A stretch of DNA of 64,000 nucleotides from Octopus bimaculoides. Taxonomy: Eukaryota. The notes under the pieces were generated by a model. It did no database searches, was not told the origin of the DNA, and saw only the letters and a program-made list of their open reading frames with translations. Of this stretch, positions 52,656 through 64,000 are shown piece after piece. The stretch lies in assembly GCF_001194135.2 (NCBI RefSeq), contig NC_068987.1, positions 13,777,534 to 13,841,533 of the forward strand. The letters are read 5' to 3'. A program made the position numbers and the translations under genes. Numbering within the stretch: the first letter of the stretch is position 1; every line of letters starts with the position of its first letter.

Positions 52656-54496
52656 CATACATACATCAGGCTTCTTTCAGTTTCCGTCTATCAAATCCAC
52701 GGCTATAGTAGAAAAGCTTTTTACTGTACAGCCATGCCTGCACCTATATGATCTTAACATTAGATTAATAATGACAATGTTTCTTTGGAGTTTTTTGTTG
52801 TTGTTTTTTTTTAGCTAAATCTTTCTGAATTCTTAACTATTTTCAAAATATTTGAAATATTATAATATAGACAGGGTATTTCATAAAAAAATATTATCAT
52901 AAAAGTTTAAAAAGAATGCTGGTATAACAGTTACAGTTAAGAAGTTTGCATGTGGTTTCAAGTTTAGTTACACTGCACAGCATCTATAGCCCTAAGCTGA
53001 CCAATGCCTTGGGAGTGAATTTAGTAAAAGGAAACTGTGCAAAAGTCTATCGTAAAATGTCTGTGTGTATGTATGTGTTTGTCTCCCACAGCTTGACAAT
53101 TGGTGTTGGTTTGATTATATCCCTGTAACTTAACAGCTCAACAAAAACAGATCAATAGAATAAATGCCAGACATTACTGGGGTCAATTTGATTGATTGAA
53201 CCAGTTTGAATCCTATTTTACTCAACTGTACCCCCATAGCCATTTAATGTAGTCCTCAGGGAGATTCAGTGTGACAAGGCTGACCCTTTGAAATACAGGT
53301 CCTACTCATTTTTGCCAGCTGAGTAGAGTTGAGCAATGTGAAATAAAGTGTCTTGCTCAAGGACACAACGTGTCACCGGGAATTGAACTCATGACCTTAC
53401 AATCATGAACAAAATACCTTAAACACCAAGCCATGCGCCTCCACTGTAGAAGTATTACCAGTTTATTGCACATAATTTTTAACCACAAAATCTTATATGG
53501 ACCCCCAAGGGTCTCATCAATTCACAACCACAACACTAAACCTTTCAAAGCAGTGCCCCAGCATGGCCACAGTCCATTGACTGAAACCTGTAAAAACAAA
53601 ATGAAAAAGAAATATAGATAGAAGAAAGAGTTCGTTAAAAACACTTTCTTAAAGTGCAGTCTGGTTCTTTGGTTTTCTTGGTTAATTAAGACTTACGTAG
53701 TATATAAAGATGTATAAACATATATTTATTAAGCGTAGTATAGCTAATAATGAAGCTAATGACACCAATGTTCTTTTAATGAGGTTTTCATTTTAGCGAT
53801 AAGTGATGAGAAAATAGAACCTGATAAAAAATGACCGACAATGATAATGCTGAGTCTGTTAAGACGAAAAGAGCAAATAATGATTAAAATCAAGTGAAAG
53901 ATAGATGATGACAGTATGGATGATGATGATGATAATAATAATAATAATATTAATCATAAGAAGGTTTAATTAGATAATGATAGCTATAAAATTTTGTTAT
54001 TTTTATTGTCAGAGGTAATAGCTTTTTAACTATGGCAACTATGTTGATTATGATGAATCTGTTAAAAAGCAATTTAGTAATTGTAAAAAAAAAAGGAAAA
54101 CAAAAAAAAATTATTAATCATTATCCTGGTTGATTATTTCAGGTGGCTAATTGTTTCAGGAAAATTCCAAAATAATAATAATAATCATTTCAAAACCATA
54201 TCAACTTATTTGACAAATTAAAAAAATTTTTTTTTTTCCTTTTTAAAAATTTTTGTTGATAATTAAATTGGTTTAATTCGTTTAATGATCTCTCTGTTGC
54301 CTACTCTCACCCCATTCCACATTCTTCATTGTTCAATATTTTAAAGGTTGTCCTTATTTTTTTTTATGTGTTTTTTTTTGGGGGGGGGGTCTTATTTTCT
54401 TTCTTTCATATAAGCACAACTCTTTCAGAGTTATCATTGCATTGAAAGATGGACAGACCTGTCTAATATTTCATTGATTTGTGCTTTTTTTGTACT

Positions 54497-54535
<39 letters not shown>

Positions 54536-54696
54536 GTATGTATGTAGACATGATTGTGTGCATGTATGTGTGTATATATGCTTATTGTATGTGATTGCAA
54601 AGTCATACATACAGGTTGAATGCAGTCAGTATTAAGCATTTATTAAAAAACAAAAACTTGAACAAATTCACTATCTGCATTTTTTATGCATGTATG

Positions 54697-54732
<36 letters not shown>

Positions 54733-56562
54733 TGCTCACACACACTTATATATACACATGCACATATGTATATATTAATGAACACATCCAACCTAACTTG
54801 GATGTGTTGTTTATAAAGCTGTAGACAAAAAAATGCTAAGTATTTTGATGTTTCTTAGGTTGGATGTCCTAATTAAAATTCATTACAAAGGCTGTTGCTA
54901 TATATACACACATACACACACATTGTCATGATCACTGAATCTCACCACTTGTTACAGTTACTTGTCATCTGTTTAGTGAAGTTTAGTATCCTGAAATCAG
55001 ATTTCTCCACATGTGCCCATGTCTTTCTTGGCCTTTATCTTTTGCAGGTTTCTTCTACATTGTCTGCTTTGCACTTCATGACCCAACTATCCTCCTCCAT
55101 ACGCACCAAATGTCTATGCCAGTGTAATCTCTTTTTCCACACTGCTTGGACTCATGATTGTAAGATTGTGGTTTCAATTCCTGGACTGGGTGACGCATTG
55201 TGTTCTTGAGCAAAACACTTCATTGCATGTTGCTCCAGTCCACTCAGCTGGCGAAAATGAGTAACCCTGCGATGAACCAGCATCTTGTCCAGTGGGGAAT
55301 ATATGTGCCAGAGAAACCAGGAAGCCAGCTTTATGAGTCTATATGACTCAGGAAGAAACGACATCTGTCAAGGATTGATTAATGATTACAGAGAAAGACT
55401 TGGCAGATATGGACCTGGCCTCACCAGGAAGCAAATTCATGACAGCTCTTGCACCATGCTGGGTGAAGATCTATCATCATCCAGTGCTCCAAACTGGGCT
55501 GAACCAAGACTTAGATGTATCCTCTAAAAGCACTAAGTCAGCATACAAGACACACATGCATCCTACATACACATACAAATACAGTTGTGCAAACACATTC
55601 CAACATGTAGTGGCACTAAAGTACAAGAGCTAACATATCCAGTCATGTATAAACACACAACACATAATAATATAAACATATGCATACCTATACCAATGCA
55701 TACCTATATAAATGTACACAATCTTGCATTCAAAAACTCCAACCTATGGAAACAGTAAAATCCAAACACAAACACACATGCTCACATACAAGTCACATAC
55801 ACATTCATATATAGTCACATATATATTCATACAGTCACATATATATTCATACAGTCACATACATATACATAATTACAGAGTAGTTGGTGACAGGGAGGGC
55901 ATCCAGCTTGTAAAACAATGCCAAACTCATGCAAAGCTTCAACTTAGTGTGACAGGTGGGTGAAGAAATGCCAGCAGATTCGTGTGGAATGAATCTATAT
56001 AGAAGAGAAAAACCAAGGAAGACAGGCAAATTTTGTTAAAAGCTGATCTCAAGAAACTGAACCTCACAAAGAAATACAAGTGCAGAGATGCTATGCTGAT
56101 GTGAAGCTGTCCAACACATGCAAGCATGTAAAACACAAGCATAAAAATAATCTCACACATACACATTTATTATTATTATTATTATCATGAAATGTGATAA
56201 TATGTGTATGTGTTAAGGCGGCGAGCTGGCAGAAACATTAGCACGCAGGCAAAATGCTTAGCGGTATTTCGTCTGTCTTTACGTTCTGAGTTCAAATTCC
56301 ACCGAGGTCGACTTTGCCTTTCATCCTTTCGGGGGTTGATAAATTAAGTACCAGTTGCATATGGGGGTCAATCTAACTGACTGGCCGCCTCTGCAAAAGA
56401 TTTCAGGCCTTGTGCCTAGAGTAGAAAAGATTATGAAATGTGATGAGGTGGCAAGCTGGTGGAATTGTTAGCATGTCAGACAAAACACGAAGCAGTTTTT
56501 CTGCCAGCTTTACATTCTGAGTTCAAATTCCGCTGAGGTTGACTGTGCCTTTCATCCTTTCG

Positions 56563-56747
56563 NNNNNNNNNNNNNNNNNNNNNNNNNNNNNNNNNNNNNN
56601 NNNNNNNNNNNNNNNNNNNNNNNNNNNNNNNNNNNNNNNNNNNNNNNNNNNNNNNNNNNNNNNNNNNNNNNNNNNNNNNNNNNNNNNNNNNNNNNNNNNN
56701 NNNNNNNNNNNNNNNNNNNNNNNNNNNNNNNNNNNNNNNNNNNNNNN
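56563..56747. other. Assembly gap
   Basis: Run of N inside tandem SINE copies (~56215-56562). Confidence 1.
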
Positions 56748-58406
56748 TATTTATTTTCTTTTTATTATAATTCTCTTTATCGCTATCATCCCTGGTCATT
56801 TATCAATCCTTTATCCAATCACATGTTTATGGGGGGAAAAATAACCCAAAATTTTAAAATTTCTGATGCCCTTTTTAAGATTTCATCAATCTCCCATTTG
56901 GTTCTGTAGCATGTTTTATTAATTATTCTCTTTCATGTTATTGCAATTTTTCATTAAAAAAACATTGGAACTTTATATATTTTTCTTCTTTTATTTCTCC
57001 TATAAAATCTCTCTTTCTCTCTCTCTCTCTCTATTTATCTGTTTGTCTATTTATCTGTCTGTTTGTCTGTCTGTCTTTAGCTAGCTATCATTTATTTCTC
57101 CTCACTTTTTTTTAACCTGCTCTTTAAGTCAGCATCTTCCTCTTCAATTTTCTTCCCCTTTACTCTTTTCTAATTTCTCCTTCTCTGTTTTGCTCAGCCT
57201 CTCTCTTTAAATATCTTTCAATCTCCTCTCCCTCCCTCTCTCTCTTACTCACCGTCTCTCTCTCTCCACACACACAGACATATATATACACACACACATA
57301 CTTTGAAATCATATAGTTTCTCAGGTTGAGTCTCACTCCATAGTACCTTGGGCAAGTGTCTTCTGCTACAGCCATGGGCTGACCAATGTCTTGTGAGTGA
57401 ATTTTGTAGACAAAATCTGTGGAATCCCTTTATGTGTATAAATATATGTGTGTGTGTATGTGTTTGTACATACATGTTTGTGTTTGATGGAAACTGGAAG
57501 AAGCCCATCATATGTGTGTGTGTCTTCCACCACTGATTGACAGCCAGAGTTGATTTGTTTATGTCCCCATAACTTAGCAGTTTGGCAAAAGAGGTTGATA
57601 GAATAAATACCAGGTTTTTAAAAAATAAAAAGTACTGGAGTTGATTCGTTCAACTAAAAAACTCTTCAAGGCAGTACACCAGCATGGCCACAGTCCAATG
57701 TCCGAAACAAGTAAAAAGAAAAAAGAATTGTACAAATCCTAGTAATATTTAATTATAAAAATATCATGGGAGTTTTTAAAGCTTCAAATGGCTTCGGAAG
57801 TCCTGTAGAGAAAAATCAAAATCAAAGGGGTCCACAGGAAAAAGACGGCTGAGAACCACTGATTGAAACACTCAAACATTATCGTTACCTTTCCAAGTCT
57901 TGTAGCATTTCACATGGAATTTTTGGTCCTCCAAAGTTGTCTTGGTGTATAAATCAACCTACCTCTTTTTTTTTTTTTGCTGTAAATTTAGGTCTAGAAA
58001 TTTCGACTTGTCTGCCAGAAAATATGGTATTTATGCCATAGATTTAAACATCCCACATTTTTCTTTCATTAACTCCCCTTACTCATTCAGGTAGATAATG
58101 TTGTGCACAAATAACACATTGACTAGTATTGTAGATACATCAACTTAATAAAGACATAGTGTTAAGTGTGAGCTAACAGGGGTGCTTGTACATGGTTGCT
58201 CAACATGCCAGAAGAAACAGCCAAATTTCTATCAAATTACTCAAGATATGAACTAGTAGTTAATGGTGAATGCAAAATATTTCTATGTTACCCCAGTTAC
58301 CTAACCTATTGATTCTACTTTAACTCATTTCATCTAAGTGAAGATGGTTATTAATTCAATGTGATTTAATCACCCAACCAGAGGCAGTCATTATACACTA
58401 CTTTTG

Positions 58407-58980
58407 TTCATCCAACTATGAACAGTTCTTATTTCTGCATTATCACTGTTCACCCAGCTATGAAAGTCCTAGATTCTACATTACCTTTGTTCACCCAACT
58501 ATGGACAATCCTTAATTCTACATTGTCACTGTTCACCCAACTATGAACTGTCCTTAATTCTACATTGTCACTGTTCACTCAACTATGGACAGTCCTTAAT
58601 TCTATATTGTCACTGTTCACCCAACTATGAACAGTCCTTAATTCTACATTGCTCTGATCACCCAACTATGAACAGTTCTCAATTCTACGTTGTCTCTGAT
58701 CACCTAATTATGAACAGTCCATAATTCTACATTGCCTCTGATCGCCCAACTATGAACAGTCTTCAATTCTACATTGCCTCCATTCATCCAACTATGGACA
58801 GTTCCTAATTCTACATAGTCTCTGTTGACTCAGCTGTGAACAATTCTAAATTCTATATTACTTTAATTCACCCAGCTACCAACAGTTCTCAGCAATACCA
58901 TTACCTCAACTGACCCATCAATGGACAGCTCTTAATTCTGTATTGCTTCAGTCAACCCAACCATGAACAATCCTGATTCT
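58407..58980. repeat. 42-bp minisatellite, ~13.5 copies
   Basis: Unit ttcacccaactatgaacagtccttaattctacattgtcactg; central units most alike, two units are 41 bp. Confidence 0.9.
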
Positions 58981-59705
58981 TACATTCATTTGTGGTGAAA
59001 TGTCCTTAACATGCTAACCACTGGTGGTTCATCGCAAACTTCACACAACTGCCATATGCACCATCAGTGATACATTTTCATAATTTGATAAAATATTTTA
59101 TTCAGTATCTTTTACATGGTTTTGAGGAATATTTAAATAACATGAGTGCTAAATATTAAAGTTTAATTACAAAACATTGTAAAAATGCAAAATTATATCT
59201 CCTTGTAATTATGCAGTAATCAATGTGATTGGAAATGCATAGTGTGACTAGTATGTTCCAGTAACAGGTCATGGCAGTTAACGTGTTAATTCTACATTAA
59301 GGACTTTTTCAACAAAACTGATGGCTTTCCTCTCATTGATCAGGGCAGTCACAGAAAACTAAATTGCTGAAAGGATGGCCTTATGTATTCACGGCTTGTT
59401 ATAAAAAACATAAAAATAAGAGCAGTTTAAATTTTGTACACTGTTTGATAGAAATACCAGATGTAGATTAATGTCACTAATATCAAAAGTTGACACAAGA
59501 AGTTTTGGTTTGTGGGATATGTTGCATTGGGCACATGCACAGTTGTGTAGTTAAGAAGCTCATTTTGCAACCATGTGCTTTCTGGTTCAGTCCTACTGCA
59601 CGGTGCCTTAGGCAGTTGTCTTCTACTATAGCCACAGGCCAACTAATGCCCAGTGAGGGAATTTGGTAGGGGAAAAGTGTCTGGAAGTCTACTGTATGTA
59701 TATAC

Positions 59706-59750
<45 letters not shown>

Positions 59751-60194
59751 TGCAAATGTTCTCTTTCTCTTCCACCGCTCTCTCCCATATTCACTCTTTT
59801 GATCATATTGCTTTCAATGAAAGGATATAAAAAGAAATAGGGTAGAGATGACTCTTACATCTTATTGGAGACAAGGTACCCTCCAGTATGGGTGCCACAA
59901 TAAAATGTTTCCATCACACTCAATAAAGTGGTTGATAGAAAAACAGAGACGACATAGATTAGAGAGAACTCTTTAGTTCCCTTTACAATGGACAAGACAA
60001 CCTCTCTTGCGCTGATGCATGAAGAAGAGCATCCAGCCATAGAAACCATGTCAGGAAGTAGTGTGTACGAGCAAAACGTTGATTGGTTCCCAACTCACCT
60101 ATGAAGGTAGGACCTTCAAATAAGATCTGACTCGGATAGTGATGACCTATGTAATGCATGCTAGCAGGGAAAAATAGATGCAAAATGATATTGG

Positions 60195-60315
60195 TGGTTG
60201 TGGAGAAGGTGGTGGAGGTGATGGTGGTGGTGGTTTTGGTGGTGGTAGTTTTGGTGGTGGCGGTGGTGGTGGTGATGGTGGTGGTGGTGGTGGTGGTTGT
60301 GTTGGTGGTGGTGGT
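60195..60315. repeat. Imperfect (GGT)n microsatellite
   Basis: Visible directly in the sequence. Confidence 0.9.
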
Positions 60316-61164
60316 GAAATTAATTATATACCTGCTGGAAAAATAAATGATTTGAGTGAATAAAATATCAGAGACCACCATTTCATCGGTTGTGCGTTTA
60401 TAACTACAGCAAGTGTTTGTTTGTAATTAACCCACTGATGCATAAATTTTAATTTTTATTCTGCGAATTAATTACAATTCAATAATAACAAGAAATATAA
60501 AACAATATGAATGAAAGAAAATAAATAATCATATAAAAGTATGATTATACAATAGTTGAGATTCATGAAAAGTTAATAACATAGGAGCAGAATTTGAAAT
60601 TGAAATAAATACTTCATATAATATTGTATTCTGACTGTTGCATTTTTGGAACACTCTGCATTAATGGGTTAATAAGACTATCATTTTCTGGATTATTAAT
60701 CTCATCTTTAGATCATATATTTACGATGTTTACATTTACACAACGTTTTGATCTCTGATTGTAATCATGTATTTTATTGCTGGATGCATTTGTAATCCCA
60801 GACTAGATTCGAAACTAGAAAGAAAGCTTTATTTCCATATTAAGAGTGATAGCATTTTTATTCAGAAGGCTGCTGATGTGTTTTCAGTTATTGGTGTAAA
60901 TTTAAATCCAAAAATATATACCAGATTTATCAGATTTGATGGTCAGAGAAATTTCTGTCAGATCCTATTGTAATAGTACAGTTTGATAGACAGCTGCTGA
61001 ATAAGGACACAACAATGTGGTTGGGAAGCAAACTTCTTACCACACAGCCACCCCTGCACCTATATACATACAAGTGAAGATGGCAAGCTGGCAGAAACGT
61101 TAGCATGCTGGGCAAAGGATTCTGAATTGTTTTTCCTGTTTTTTCACTTAATTTTATATATATA

Positions 61165-61414
61165 TATATATCATCATCATCATCGTTTAACGTCCGCTTT
61201 CCATGCTAGCATGGGTTGGACGATTTGACTGAGGACTGGTGAAACCGGATGGCAACACCAGGCTCCAATCTGATTTGGCAGAGTTTCTACAGCTGGATGC
61301 CCTTCCTAACGCCAACCACTCAGAGAGTGTAGTGGGTGCTTTTACGTGTCACCCGCACGAAGGCCAGTCAGGCGGAACTGGCAACGGCCACGCTCAAAAT
61401 GGTGTATTTTATGT
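61165..61414 (-). mobile_element. RTE LINE 3' UTR, young, cut by gap
   Basis: Near-identical to 63648-63900. Confidence 0.8.
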
Positions 61415-62151
61415 NNNNNNNNNNNNNNNNNNNNNNNNNNNNNNNNNNNNNNNNNNNNNNNNNNNNNNNNNNNNNNNNNNNNNNNNNNNNNNNNNNNNNN
61501 NNNNNNNNNNNNNNNNNNNNNNNNNNNNNNNNNNNNNNNNNNNNNNNNNNNNNNNNNNNNNNNNNNNNNNNNNNNNNNNNNNNNNNNNNNNNNNNNNNNN
61601 NNNNNNNNNNNNNNNNNNNNNNNNNNNNNNNNNNNNNNNNNNNNNNNNNNNNNNNNNNNNNNNNNNNNNNNNNNNNNNNNNNNNNNNNNNNNNNNNNNNN
61701 NNNNNNNNNNNNNNNNNNNNNNNNNNNNNNNNNNNNNNNNNNNNNNNNNNNNNNNNNNNNNNNNNNNNNNNNNNNNNNNNNNNNNNNNNNNNNNNNNNNN
61801 NNNNNNNNNNNNNNNNNNNNNNNNNNNNNNNNNNNNNNNNNNNNNNNNNNNNNNNNNNNNNNNNNNNNNNNNNNNNNNNNNNNNNNNNNNNNNNNNNNNN
61901 NNNNNNNNNNNNNNNNNNNNNNNNNNNNNNNNNNNNNNNNNNNNNNNNNNNNNNNNNNNNNNNNNNNNNNNNNNNNNNNNNNNNNNNNNNNNNNNNNNNN
62001 NNNNNNNNNNNNNNNNNNNNNNNNNNNNNNNNNNNNNNNNNNNNNNNNNNNNNNNNNNNNNNNNNNNNNNNNNNNNNNNNNNNNNNNNNNNNNNNNNNNN
62101 NNNNNNNNNNNNNNNNNNNNNNNNNNNNNNNNNNNNNNNNNNNNNNNNNNN
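61415..62151. other. Assembly gap
   Basis: Run of N. Confidence 1.
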
Positions 62152-62183
<32 letters not shown>

Positions 62184-62764
62184 TGTATGTATGTGTGTGT
62201 GTGTATATGTTTGTGTGTCTGTGTTTGTCCCCCCTCCCCCAACATCACTTGACAACTGATGCTGGTGTGTTTACATCCCCGTAACTTAGCAGTTCGGCAA
62301 AAGAGACCGAAAGAATAAGTACTAGGCTTACAAAGAATAAGTCCTGGGGTAGATTTGCTCGACTAAAAGGTGGTGCTCCAGCAAGGCCACAGTCAAATGA
62401 CTGAAAGAAGTAAAAGAATGTATATACACCCTATCTTGTGCTACAGTTAGATGTACTAATGCTACTACTGAGCTTACTACTGTATTTAGCTGTACTACTG
62501 TACTTAGCTGTACTACTGGTTGTGATACACAGAACAAATGTAGGAGAAATTATGATAAATACAAGCTTATATCGTTTGTTCCCCATGTACATTTCACCAC
62601 TGTGGTTATTGGCAATTTTCGCATTGGTTGTTCTATAGGCAATTATATGTTGACCCACATCAGATCATCAGGGGAACACTTTATTGCATTTTGTTACAGA
62701 TCAAATGCCAAAAGGCCAATATATACCGTGTTGTTTATCATAATTTCTCATATATTCTGGTGCA

Positions 62765-63330
62765 GCCACTGAGGAGGGCTATAAATTTCATTATTGAAGT
62801 TGTGGAGAAGGCTATTAGGTGGATAAAGAGAGCAGACCAGTGGTTTGCTACTACTGGGATGCAAGCTGGTACTTGATCAACCTTGGCTGGGGTCAACACG
62901 GTGATAGGGGGTCTGATGTTGAAAGACCTGTAACTCTTTGAGGCCCCAGAAACAAGACTGATGATGCATCCCAAAAAGGTGGTTATGTGGAAACTGACTG
63001 TGCTCTGGGAGGAACACATAAAAGAATCTCATGAGAAGAAGCTTGCAGGAATCAGGACTGGCAGGCATGTTGTGTGGCAACAAAAGTGGGCTGTTCATTC
63101 TAGAAAGCTCTATTGGGTTTGGATGCAGCAAAGGGAAGGGTTAAAAATTCCATCACTTAAGCTGCAAGGAAAGCCACTAGATGGCTTGGATAGGGGACAG
63201 ACCAATGGTTTGCCGCTACTAGGACGCATACTGGGATCAATCCCAGCTAGGTCAACTGGGCAAGGGGTCTAATGTTGAAACACCTGTAACCCCTATGACC
63301 TCAGAAACATCACTAACAGTGCATCCCAGA
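62765..63330 (+). mobile_element. Two tandem 3' ends of a HERO-type (RLE-endonuclease) non-LTR retrotransposon
   Basis: KKVVMWKLTVLWEEHIKESHEKKL, TKVGC, ALLGLDAAKGRVK...AARKATRWL and RRAINFIIEVVEKAIRWIKRAD; both units end ...gcatccca. Confidence 0.7.
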
Positions 63331-63647
63331 TCACCCACAATTATATATGTACTGACTTCACCTTACTTTTCATTGATTTCACTTTATCTTTCATTGACTT
63401 CTATTTCTATTTTCATTTTCTTATTCTTACTTTACTCTACCTCAAACTATCATTATTCTTTGCTTTATTTGTCTTCATTCATCATTGCCTTTTTATGTTT
63501 CCATCTCCTATTTTAGCAGGACTGTTGTCTACCCTATTTCACCGGATTAATTTGTTTACCATGTCATTAGCAACTGTATATACATGTGTTTGTATATACA
63601 CACAGATTTATGCATGTACATATGTATATTTATTATATCATCATCAT

Positions 63648-64000
63648 CATCATCATCATCATCGTTTAACGTCCGCTTTCCATGCTAGCATGGGTTGGAC
63701 GATTTGACTGAGGACTGGTGAAACCGGATGGCAACACCAGGCTCCAATCTAAATTTGGCAGAATTTCTACAGCTGGATGCCCTTCCTAACGCCAACCACT
63801 CAGAGAGTGTAGTAGGTGCTTTTACGTGTCACCCACATGAAGGCCAGTCAGGCGGTACTGACAACGGCCACGCTCAAAATGGTGCATCTTATGTGCCACC
63901 CGCACAAGAGCCAGTCCAGGGGCACTGGCAATGATCTCACTTGGCTTGCCGGGTCTTCTCACGCACAGCACATTTCCAAAGGTCTCGGTCAGTGGTCATC
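63648..64000 (-). mobile_element. Young RTE LINE 3' end running off the window
   Basis: Minus strand ORF end MTTDRDLWKCAVREKTRQAK*, 3' UTR and (GAT)n tail. Confidence 0.85.

Noticed and set aside
58407-58980. Minisatellite as CRISPR array or repeat-protein exon
   Set aside because: Eukaryotic context, no unique spacers, and frame-breaking 41-bp units.
59983-60381. Poly-Thr, poly-Val and poly-Gly ORFs
   Set aside because: Translations of a (GGT)n microsatellite.
61239-62284. 279-337 aa ORFs in the ORF track
   Set aside because: Artefacts of reading through the N gap.

Overview
AT-rich, repeat-dense animal genomic DNA with three assembly gaps. The SINE, MITE and microsatellite content looks like an octopus or other cephalopod genome; this is inferred from recalled repeat families. 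One protein-coding gene is supported: a TMEM183 orthologue on the + strand with four frame-consistent coding exons (39745-39816, 41442-41603, 43734-43932, 48053-48638). Its first coding exon was not located with confidence. The rest is intronic or intergenic. It holds tRNA-derived SINEs, RTE, HERO-type and CR1/Jockey-like LINE fossils, a Penelope-like fossil, hAT, mariner, pogo and piggyBac-type MITEs, a 5S rRNA-derived insertion, a long hairpin element and a 42-bp minisatellite. The most unusual signals are (1) a tRNA-headed non-autonomous element carrying a hammerhead ribozyme core in an inverted head-to-head arrangement (~27.7-28.1 kb), (2) a second, unrelated minimal hammerhead with a palindromic stem III (4841-4878), (3) a 5S-headed SINE-like insert, and (4) a piggyBac-type MITE holding ~950 bp of unidentified coding-like cargo. 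Family names come from motif recognition without database searches. Boundaries of degenerate repeats are approximate.
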